DNA from: Nitrosopumilaceae archaeon
GTDB taxonomy: Archaea > Thermoproteota > Nitrososphaeria > Nitrososphaerales > Nitrosopumilaceae
Assembly: GCA_035631875.1 (NCBI GenBank)
Contig: DASQHX010000001.1
Coordinates: 5,655-37,654, forward strand
Direction of reading: 5' to 3'
Length of the DNA stretch: 32,000 nucleotides
Shown here: one piece after another, positions 9,228-16,771 of the stretch
How positions within the stretch are numbered: position 1 is the first letter of the stretch
Layout: each line of letters begins with the position of its first letter
Made by a program: the position numbers and the translations under genes
The notes under the pieces: model-generated
What the model saw: the letters and a program-made list of their open reading frames with translations, nothing else
Told to the model about the DNA's origin: nothing
Database searches by the model: none

Positions 9228-9863
9228 TTGTTGAATATTCAGACTCTAGTCAAGGGCATCAAGGGAATAATTCCAGGGGGGCTATCTGTAAAAGATTTTA
9301 GTGTTGTAACGCAAACTAGCGATGAGACTGCAAGACAGATACTGGACAACTTTATGCAAAATGGCATAGGAACTTTTCAAGATAATCAAATACATTTTCA
9401 AGATAATGACAAACTGAAAACCAGCTTACTTGCATTAAGAATGGGTGCTCCAATTGATGAGATTTCACAGATTTTAGACTGGAAGGATTTTGAGGCACTT
9501 GTTTCAGAAATTTTAGAGTTAAGAGAATTTGATGTCACAAGAAATCTAACTTTAACAAAACCAAGAATGCAGATAGATGTTATTGGCACAAAAGCAGGAG
9601 TGGCAATTCTCATAGACTGCAAACATTGGAAGAGGCTAAGTTACTCTGCATTAGAGACTGCAGTCAACAAACAAATTGAGAGAACAAAACATTATGTTAT
9701 TAAAGAAAAGGTACGTGCAGCACTACCTGCTATCGTAACACTATACCAAGAAGAGGTCAAATTCATCAACAAGGTCCCTATAATACCCATATTCCAACTA
9801 GATTCTTTTTGCGATGAATTTTATGGTAATTTAGAAGAAATGGATTTAGAGCAAAGTGAATAA
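9228..9863 (+). CDS. PD-(D/E)XK nuclease-like (Mrr/restriction endonuclease-like) protein with N-terminal winged-helix-like region
   Basis: 'FDVTRNLTLTKPRMQIDVIGTKAGVAILIDCKHWKR' matches the D...(D/E)xK core; N-term 'VVTQTSDETARQILDNFMQNGI' helix-turn-helix-like. TATA-like 'TTTTATAAA' ~25 nt upstream of TTG codons 9228/9231. Confidence 0.75.
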   Translation: MLNIQTLVKGIKGIIPGGLSVKDFSVVTQTSDETARQILDNFMQNGIGTFQDNQIHFQDNDKLKTSLLALRMGAPIDEISQILDWKDFEALVSEILELREFDVTRNLTLTKPRMQIDVIGTKAGVAILIDCKHWKRLSYSALETAVNKQIERTKHYVIKEKVRAALPAIVTLYQEEVKFINKVPIIPIFQLDSFCDEFYGNLEEMDLEQSE

Positions 9864-11609
9864 GAAGAAAGCAGTAGTTCCTATCAAAAAGCCTTGTGTA
9901 ATTCTCATTGCCCTGTCAAGTGATTTTGAATAGTTCTCAAGCTGTTTTGGTCCCATTACTTTGACATCTGTTTCCTGCTTTAGAGTTTCAAACATTGCTG
10001 GAGAAAGATTCTGTTCTGCCTTTTTTGCCAAATTTAAATACCAAGAGGCAACTTCTTGCGATTCAGATAGGCTTCCAAAATAGAAATAACCATACTTGTT
10101 TCTTGCCTCTCTTGCCTTGTAGTGAGAGTCGGAGGTACAGATATCAAGTAAATCATATCCAGCTTTTGAAAGAGACGATACGATTTCCTCGCGTAATCCA
10201 TTTCTCATGTTGTTAGAGTCTGCCCAACCAAGGAAAAATTTTTCATTGTTAATTTTCAGACACATCATTCCTACTTTGCCAGGACCTAGATCGTCTGCCT
10301 GAATTTTCAAATTTTCCGAGTTTGCATATCCAATTTCTAATGGATATGCTTCTTTTGTTATCAATGTATCAAGGTTTGATTTTGCTGCTTTTAGGAGGTC
10401 ATCCGAGTCTTGTTTTAGAATTTCTTCTCCCATTGCATTATGGCTATCAACGATTAAGATTTTTTCAAATCCACGATTTTTTCCATATTGTTCAAGTTCA
10501 CTTTTAACATAGAGTGGCACGTCCTCCATTCCATGTGGTGATAATGATAAAATCAAGACGGCGGTTTTACCAAAAAGCATTCCAACTGCACGGGCTTTGT
10601 TTACCTGAACTGTAACAGGTTTTGTACAATCAAAACCTTTGTGAATTATAGAACTCTTGGTGAGACTAGAAAGATACGCATCAACTTGAGATTTTGATGG
10701 CAAATTAAGAGAATGATCAGAGACGCTATGCATAACCATTGCAGAGTAATTCAGATTTTTGTATATCAAATACGGAATGTTGCTTCCCCCAATTGGATGA
10801 AATGGTCCTGGATGGACGTCTGGCACAACTAGTCGGCATTCATTATTTTTTGTTTTAAATAAAATTTGAAATGTAGATACTCTTGTGGGTTGTGAGCGTT
10901 CTTCCATCAAAGTTTCCATTTCAGAAGGATCGTTTCTTGTCCAAGCTGCCACGTAAGCTTGCAATACTTTGTGTGTTCTTGGAACTTTGATACCTGCTGC
11001 TCTATCTGACAATAGTGTCCATGCTGTTGCAAGAAACAAAAATACAAGACCGTATCCTATGACTTTTAAATCTGAAAGCATAGGAATCCAAGATTCCGGT
11101 GGTACAAATGCAAAAAACATTGCTAGTGGTTGAATAAGACAAACTGCCCATGCAGTTTTTAATTTTGCTCCCATGACAGATGTAAAAAGTCCAATTCTAA
11201 AGCTTGCAAACAAAAACATTCCTTCTGTGATATAAATTGGCAATAGTTCAGGTTTTGAAAAAACGTGTGCTGATACAAACCCTCCAAGTAGAGTTACAAA
11301 CCACAGGAGATTTCCAAATGCAGATAGATGCACAATTTTGGAAAATTCTGTTTTTAGCAAGCGTGCGTCTAGAAGCTGTGTTCCATAAAGTACTGCAATT
11401 GACAATGGCAAACTGAAAAATATTTTGTCACTTGTTTTAAAATATACAAACAACGCAAGTGCTACAGTTGCAGATGTCACCATTATAGAAATCAAAAGAG
11501 AAAGATAGTGTGAAGATGGGGTTAGAGTTGTTAATGTATATCGCTTGTGTATACGCGACACATTATCAGCATTTTCTGTCATGGTAGGAAAAATATTTTT
11601 AGTATCCAC
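9846..11609 (-). CDS. DUF2070 family membrane protein
   Basis: Archaeal DUF2070-like architecture: N-terminal TM helices then soluble region with 'VHPGPFHPIGGSNIPYLI', 'HSLNLPSKSQVDAYL', 'VDSHNAM'. Start is more likely ATG at 11582, overlapping the Sec61-beta stop (ATGA). Confidence 0.85.
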   Translation of the reverse strand: MDTKNIFPTMTENADNVSRIHKRYTLTTLTPSSHYLSLLISIMVTSATVALALFVYFKTSDKIFFSLPLSIAVLYGTQLLDARLLKTEFSKIVHLSAFGNLLWFVTLLGGFVSAHVFSKPELLPIYITEGMFLFASFRIGLFTSVMGAKLKTAWAVCLIQPLAMFFAFVPPESWIPMLSDLKVIGYGLVFLFLATAWTLLSDRAAGIKVPRTHKVLQAYVAAWTRNDPSEMETLMEERSQPTRVSTFQILFKTKNNECRLVVPDVHPGPFHPIGGSNIPYLIYKNLNYSAMVMHSVSDHSLNLPSKSQVDAYLSSLTKSSIIHKGFDCTKPVTVQVNKARAVGMLFGKTAVLILSLSPHGMEDVPLYVKSELEQYGKNRGFEKILIVDSHNAMGEEILKQDSDDLLKAAKSNLDTLITKEAYPLEIGYANSENLKIQADDLGPGKVGMMCLKINNEKFFLGWADSNNMRNGLREEIVSSLSKAGYDLLDICTSDSHYKAREARNKYGYFYFGSLSESQEVASWYLNLAKKAEQNLSPAMFETLKQETDVKVMGPKQLENYSKSLDRAMRITQGFLIGTTAFFLFTLL

Positions 11610-11743
11610 GAGATGGAAATCAGTGCGCTTGGGATAGCTACAACGACTTCTGGCCTTAGTTTATATCCTTTTGTCTCGTCCTCAAAGAATCTTAACAGAC
11701 CCGCACTAGATGCTGGAAGCGGTGCCGATTTCTTACTACTCAT
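11579..11743 (-). CDS. Preprotein translocase Sec61-beta subunit (SecG/Sec61b-like), 54 aa
   Basis: Not in the ORF track. Reverse complement reads MSSKKSAPLPASSAGLLRFFEDETKGYKLRPEVVVAIPSALISISWILKIFFLP*, matching the archaeal Sec61-beta pattern (PLP-SSAGLLRFF-E-T-G-K--PEVVV, single C-terminal TM). Confidence 0.9.
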   Translation of the reverse strand: MSSKKSAPLPASSAGLLRFFEDETKGYKLRPEVVVAIPSALISISWILKIFFLP

Positions 11744-11784
11744 GTTACTGTATCTCGCAAGATTTTTACATAAATACTTTTGTG

Positions 11785-12114
11785 CTAGATCTTTTTGATC
11801 CTCTCTTTAATATTTATGATATCATTGATTGATTTTAGGATCTGTTGCTGTTTTTGATGATCTTTTTCATGTTCAAGCTCTTTTGTTAATTCCTTTAGTT
11901 TTTGCTCAAGGCCTGCAAACAATGGATCGTCACTAGGTTTTTCTTCTATTTTTTCTGGTATTTTTTCTTCATTATCTTCTCTTCCACAGTTTACACAAAA
12001 TGCGCTACCGTTTTTCATGATACGTACTCCCTTACAATATGGACAAGGATCACTTACAAGAGTTGCACCTTTTAGAAGCATTTCAATCGCTTTTTTAGTA
12101 AGATCTGCAGACAC
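11785..12114 (-). CDS. Sjogren's syndrome/scleroderma autoantigen 1 (p27)-like zinc-ribbon protein
   Basis: 'KKAIEMLLKGATLVSDPCPYCKGVRIMKNGSAFCVNCGRE' matches the archaeal p27 family. Track ORF extends to 12213, but an internal GTG at 12114 fits the family N-terminus and removes overlap with aIF1. Confidence 0.82.
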   Translation of the reverse strand: MSADLTKKAIEMLLKGATLVSDPCPYCKGVRIMKNGSAFCVNCGREDNEEKIPEKIEEKPSDDPLFAGLEQKLKELTKELEHEKDHQKQQQILKSINDIINIKERIKKI

Positions 12115-12191
12115 AAACTGATTTGGGAATTTCCAAGTAAAAAATGTAGTCGAACAAGGCTTAATAGTAGGAAACCAAGTTTTTATTTTGA

Positions 12192-12500
12192 ATGGCAGTA
12201 ATCTGCAATACATGCGGACTTCCTGACGATTTATGTGCCTGCGGAGAACTTGAAAAAGATGCTACTCAAATTGTAGTTCGTCTTGAAGAGAGACGTTTTA
12301 AGAAAAAAGGGACAATGATTGAAGGAATTAATCCAAAGATGAATGATCTAGCTAAAGTTGTCAGAGAATTAAAAGCAAAATATGCATGTGGTGGCACAGT
12401 AAAAGAGGGATACATTCTACTTCAAGGTGACCACAGAGATACAATCAAAACTACTTTAGTAAAACTTGGATTTCCAGAAGCAAGCATTGAAGTTCATTAA
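12192..12500 (+). CDS. Translation initiation factor aIF1 (SUI1 family)
   Basis: 'TQIVVRLEERRFKKKGTMIEGI...LAKVVRELKAKYACGGTVKEGYILLQGDHRDTIKTTLVKLGF'. Confidence 0.95.
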   Translation: MAVICNTCGLPDDLCACGELEKDATQIVVRLEERRFKKKGTMIEGINPKMNDLAKVVRELKAKYACGGTVKEGYILLQGDHRDTIKTTLVKLGFPEASIEVH

Positions 12501-12507
12501 ATGAGAC

Positions 12508-13503
12508 TTGTTAAAAATAGATAAACTCCTACACGTTTTAGCCATTCCATATTCTGCACTGGCATCAGTTATCTTTGGTATGATGATCATTTCTTTTCCC
12601 ATAGGAGCATATGTGGTTTTTAATTCTAATTTAGGAAAAGAGATTAACTTTCAGTATCCACTTGATGGTGTAGATATTTTTCTTGGTGGGATAGGATTCA
12701 AGCTGCCAATCCATTTTGAGATTGGTGACGGTTTTATTTTTATGTGGTGTATCTATCTTGTTTTGTTCACTATTTCACTGGCTGGCCCTCAGCGAAGCTT
12801 GATGAAAACACTTTCTTTGGTAATGATAGAAGGCTGGCATAATATCAAAAACAACGCACTTTTGAGCATGATAACCTGGTTTTCCATTCTAATTGTCTTT
12901 TCTCTAATTATTGATTTTATTCAACACAATTTTGGCATCAACATAGAGCCCCCAGCATCTCAAAATAGATTAATACAATTCTTTCAAATCTCAACATCAC
13001 CATTAAGTGAAGAAGTAGGTTTTAGAATTCTACTTATTGGTCTTCCACTTTATGCCATTTTTTCCCATAAAACATCATTAAAACATTTTTTCAAATCACT
13101 TTGGCACCCATCAAAAAATTTGGAAATTACAAATTACAAAAAAGTCATAGCATTGATTATAACAGTTGCCATATTCTTTGGAGTAGCCCACATTATTTCT
13201 GGTACTCCATGGAGTACAGGTAAGTTTGCTCAAGCAACTGTGGCAGGAATAATAATTGGTTGGGTTTACTTTAGATATGGTTTTGCACCTGCCATCTTGA
13301 TTCACTGGGCAACAAACTACTTCATATTTTCATATACTTATTTTATATCTGAAATGACCCAGTCTCCAATTACAGGCGAGTTTTCAGATCCATTTTCAAA
13401 TACATTAGAGATGTTACTTTTGATTTCTGGTGGAATTGCTATTGTTAGCATTACATTAAACTACATAAAATCAAAAAAGGAATCAACCATAACGCAAGTT
13501 TGA
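12508..13503 (+). CDS. CPBP-family (CAAX protease/Abi-like) intramembrane metalloprotease
   Basis: 'SPLSEEVGFRILLIG', 'FFGVAHIISG', 'ILIHWATNY' match the EExxxR / FxxxH / H motifs in a polytopic protein. Confidence 0.85.
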   Translation: MLKIDKLLHVLAIPYSALASVIFGMMIISFPIGAYVVFNSNLGKEINFQYPLDGVDIFLGGIGFKLPIHFEIGDGFIFMWCIYLVLFTISLAGPQRSLMKTLSLVMIEGWHNIKNNALLSMITWFSILIVFSLIIDFIQHNFGINIEPPASQNRLIQFFQISTSPLSEEVGFRILLIGLPLYAIFSHKTSLKHFFKSLWHPSKNLEITNYKKVIALIITVAIFFGVAHIISGTPWSTGKFAQATVAGIIIGWVYFRYGFAPAILIHWATNYFIFSYTYFISEMTQSPITGEFSDPFSNTLEMLLLISGGIAIVSITLNYIKSKKESTITQV

Positions 13504-13553
13504 ATATATTGACATAAATTATATTCCAGAATTTAGTTTTGAAAATTATAATA

Positions 13554-14192
13554 TCAGATTAACAAATCCTCAAGCATTTTTGAAATTGACGGCTTTGAAT
13601 ATTTTAAAATAGTTTGAAGATCTTCTGGTTCATCTACATCAAGCATTATTCTTCTAATCAAAACCAGTGCAGATTTTACAGATTTATTATTTGCAGTAGT
13701 TAGATGTATTTTATAGCTGTCTTCATCATAATGAGTTTCCATTACGTCTACCGGGCTTCTAAATAGTGCATTTGTCCCATCAAATCTTCTAGAGGGCACC
13801 ACAAGTACACACTTGTCAATCATTTGAAAATCATACAGAGTCCGTATATCCTCGGTTTGCATGAGAGGAACATCTTGAGGAAATACGATTGTAGCGCCAA
13901 ATCCCTCATCTAAAAAATACTTGTCTGCCATTGCAACTGCATTGTTTACACCTTGTTCTTTTTCATCATAGATTTCAACAACATCAAATTTTTTTCCAAT
14001 CTTAAAGGCAGATTCATCTTTACTTACAATTGTAATTTTTTCTATAACATCAGATTGTGAAATTGTTTGTAAAACCTCTTCTAGCATCATCTTACAAAGA
14101 TCTTCTGTTTTTTCGCATGACAAGTTTAGTCGTGTTTTAGCTTTTGAAAAAGTTTTTACCGGAACAATTGCACCTGTACGTAATTTAGACAT
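13554..14192 (-). CDS. cofC: 2-phospho-L-lactate guanylyltransferase (F420 biosynthesis)
   Basis: 'AIVPVKTFSKAKTRL', 'ATIVFPQDVPLMQTEDI', 'SRRFDGTNAL' motifs; overlaps cofD. Confidence 0.92.
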   Translation of the reverse strand: MSKLRTGAIVPVKTFSKAKTRLNLSCEKTEDLCKMMLEEVLQTISQSDVIEKITIVSKDESAFKIGKKFDVVEIYDEKEQGVNNAVAMADKYFLDEGFGATIVFPQDVPLMQTEDIRTLYDFQMIDKCVLVVPSRRFDGTNALFRSPVDVMETHYDEDSYKIHLTTANNKSVKSALVLIRRIMLDVDEPEDLQTILKYSKPSISKMLEDLLI

Positions 14193-15105
14193 GCACTTGT
14201 TTTAAAATAAAAGATGCAAGAGCATCCTCATCTTTTTTGTCTTTCATTTTTATTTTAGTTTCATATACTTTCATGTCCAAATTTTCTATCTTTCTTGTTA
14301 AAAGCCTATCAGAGGAATCTATCACTATATGAGAAGCCACATCAGAATACATTTTTGCAAGTCCATACACTGATACCTCCATGCCAGCTGCTTCCATGTA
14401 TTTAGCAGCAGGTCCACTAATAGAGGTGTTTCCAATCAGTGGACTTACTACAACAACTTTCTTTTTTGATTTAGATAATTCTTTTTTTATCCCTTTAATT
14501 GAAAGAATAGGTCCTATGCTTGTTAGCGGATTTCCTGGTGCAATTATAACCAGTTTAGAATCATGTATTGCATTTACTGCTGCAGGATTCGCTCTAGCTT
14601 TGTCTGCTCCAAGATATTTTATCCCTTCAACGTTATCTTGCCCCTTGTGTTTTACCCAGAATTCTTGAAGATGAAGATCACCTTTGTTTGTCACAATTCT
14701 TGTCTCTACAGTGTTATCTGTAACGGGAATTATTTTTATATCAATAGCAAATTTTTGACACAACCATGTGGTAATATCAGATAGATTCTTACCGTTTTTG
14801 AGCATGTTTGTTCGTAAAAGATGGATTGCTGCATCTCTGTCTCCAATCTTAAACCAAGTTTCTTCTCCTAACATTTCCATTTGACGTAAGAAATTATAGG
14901 TGTCTTTTTTTATTCCCCAGCCTTTTTCCCCATCAAGCAAGTCAGCAAGTCCATAAAGAATTGTGTCAATGTCAGGACAAATATACAGACCATAAAGCCA
15001 GTAGTTATCGCCAACATTTGATATCACATTGATATCTCTTGTTTGTGAGGATATTCCTCTAACAAGTTTAACGGATCCAGTGCCACCTGCAAGTATTGTT
15101 ATCAT
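14185..15105 (-). CDS. cofD: 2-phospho-L-lactate transferase (F420 biosynthesis)
   Basis: 'ITILAGGTGSVKLVRGI', 'VISNVGDNYWLYGLYICPDIDTILYGLADLLD', 'IIAPGNPLTSIGPIL'. Confidence 0.95.
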   Translation of the reverse strand: MITILAGGTGSVKLVRGISSQTRDINVISNVGDNYWLYGLYICPDIDTILYGLADLLDGEKGWGIKKDTYNFLRQMEMLGEETWFKIGDRDAAIHLLRTNMLKNGKNLSDITTWLCQKFAIDIKIIPVTDNTVETRIVTNKGDLHLQEFWVKHKGQDNVEGIKYLGADKARANPAAVNAIHDSKLVIIAPGNPLTSIGPILSIKGIKKELSKSKKKVVVVSPLIGNTSISGPAAKYMEAAGMEVSVYGLAKMYSDVASHIVIDSSDRLLTRKIENLDMKVYETKIKMKDKKDEDALASFILKQVHV

Positions 15106-15241
15106 TTTTTCAATTTCCTACGAAGATTGGTAATGTTAGTATGCACAATATTACTTTTGCCACAAAAACAGATTTTCAATTTTATTGATAGTATTTACGA
15201 TAAGATTTATTACCGACCCTAAAAGTAGTCTGAACGTGACT

Positions 15242-16384
15242 ATGGATAGGTATTTTGCATTAGGGTTAATTGGTTTATTAATTTTTGGCAGCATTTCTCC
15301 AATTTGGGCAACATCTGATCTTTCTGTAAATCTCAGCGCATCTGGTACTCCCGCACAAGCAAGCTTCAAGTTTTTGGAATCTGCATTTATCGAATATCCA
15401 AATGGCGGTAAACTAAAGGATCTCTTGGCAGGCAAGAATTACACCATAAGTTTTACTGAAAACTCTAACAATACCAGTGTTCAAGATTTGATGCATCAAC
15501 TAAATACAGTGCTAGTACGTGATCAGAAAAGCCCGGTAATCATCACAGACCTAACCGTACAGTATACTGCAACTCTTGCAGGAGATGACAAATCAACATC
15601 AATTGATTACAATCTTCAATTAATTCCAACTTTGACAAGCTATGTCATCAAGAAGGGAGCCAGTGATACTGACCCAACAATAATTGATGCAGCATGGATG
15701 GGATTTGCACTAAAAGATCCTGTTATCATAAAAACAGCACAATATGGTGACGTAGAAATTAATACTCCAATTAGCTTTGTAAAAAAAATCATACCAGATG
15801 TTTATTCTAATATTAAAGGAACGCCTGCAGAAGATGCTTTGAAAAATAATTTGATTGATGCAAGTAGCATATTACAAGAACCACTCGATCAATGGAATCA
15901 TCTTTTTGATCCAGCATTCATAATATCTGAGACTAGTGGTTTTGGATACAAAGGACAAAAAGTAGCAATAACAACTTATACCATGGGACAAAGTAGCCTT
16001 GGCGAAGGAACTCAAAAACCAACACAAAATACGATTGATTTTTCCACAGATACTAGTTATCAACTTACGACAGTTCAACATGCAAGTTCGGCTTCAGTTA
16101 ACATAGAGGGCCATGCAATTACAACCAGTGTTGGTGGTACACCCGCATTTGGTACTACACCACAATCTACAGGTGGTGACACATCAAGTGGAGGATTCCC
16201 AGTAGGAATAATTTACGGAATGGCAATCTTTGGTGCTGTTGTAGCAGGCGGAGTTTTATTCTGGAGTAACAAAAAGCTAAAGGACAGTGCCAATAGACCA
16301 AGAGATTCAGGTCCAGCTAGAACACTAGAGTATGAGGATAGAAAACACTGGGCTGACAAGTTCGATAAAAAATCTGCAGTGTAA
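15242..16384 (+). CDS. Secreted/membrane-anchored protein of unknown function
   Basis: Signal peptide from ATG 15242 (MDRYFALGLIGLLIFGSISPIWA) and C-terminal TM 'GIIYGMAIFGAVVAGGVLFW'. Track start (15185) is likely too far upstream. Confidence 0.75.
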   Translation: MDRYFALGLIGLLIFGSISPIWATSDLSVNLSASGTPAQASFKFLESAFIEYPNGGKLKDLLAGKNYTISFTENSNNTSVQDLMHQLNTVLVRDQKSPVIITDLTVQYTATLAGDDKSTSIDYNLQLIPTLTSYVIKKGASDTDPTIIDAAWMGFALKDPVIIKTAQYGDVEINTPISFVKKIIPDVYSNIKGTPAEDALKNNLIDASSILQEPLDQWNHLFDPAFIISETSGFGYKGQKVAITTYTMGQSSLGEGTQKPTQNTIDFSTDTSYQLTTVQHASSASVNIEGHAITTSVGGTPAFGTTPQSTGGDTSSGGFPVGIIYGMAIFGAVVAGGVLFWSNKKLKDSANRPRDSGPARTLEYEDRKHWADKFDKKSAV

Positions 16385-16404
16385 TAACCAAATCAATCAT
16401 TTCT

Positions 16405-16423
16405 ATTATAATAAAAATAAAAT
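16405..16423 (-). terminator. T-rich tract likely ending rnpB transcription
   Basis: Minus strand immediately after CGCACC reads ATTTTATTTTTATTATAAT, typical of archaeal U-tract termination. Confidence 0.5.
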
Positions 16424-16706
16424 GGTGCGTGCTAGACGTAACCCTCCTTCTGTTTTCACGAGATTCAGCTATGCGGCCTACCTAAACCAAGTGCAGCGCT
16501 TTTAGTTTTGTTTGGCCTTGCTCCCTGTGGGTCAGCTTTTTCACTCCTTACCGGAAACCTCAGGTTTTGCCATCACAGTACGCCGGGTCGGATTTTTTTC
16601 TGTTCTGTAGCCAGCCATCTCTGACTATCCATCTCTGGATCACATTTACTGCATGGAGGGAGGAGTTTCCTCTGCCTTAGCAGTAGCTCGTTCACCAGCT
16701 CGCACC
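16424..16706 (-). ncRNA. rnpB: RNase P RNA
   Basis: Minus strand begins GGUGCG and ends CGCACC (P1 pairing), contains 'GGCAGAGGAAACUCCUCCCUCC' (CR-I/P4 5' strand) and 'ACAGAAGGAGGGUUAC' (CR-V/P4 3' strand), with CCCUCC/GGAGGG pairing. Confidence 0.93.
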
Positions 16707-16771
16707 TTGACAATCATAATTAGAAATTTCTATTTTAACATTGTTAGAACATAAGAGAAAGATACAAAGGA

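Noticed and set aside
11547-11798. Listed 83-aa plus-strand ORF
   Set aside because: It lies antisense to the convincing Sec61-beta gene (11579..11743, -); its translation resembles no protein family I recognise.
12115-12213. N-terminal extension of the p27-like ORF overlapping aIF1
   Set aside because: The extension (MYCRLLPFKIKTWFPTIKPCSTTFFTWKFPNQF) does not resemble the family and would overlap the aIF1 start. The GTG at 12114 is a better start.
15151-15435. Minus-strand 94-aa ORF
   Set aside because: It overlaps the signal-peptide-encoding start of 15242..16384 antisense and shows no recognisable motif.
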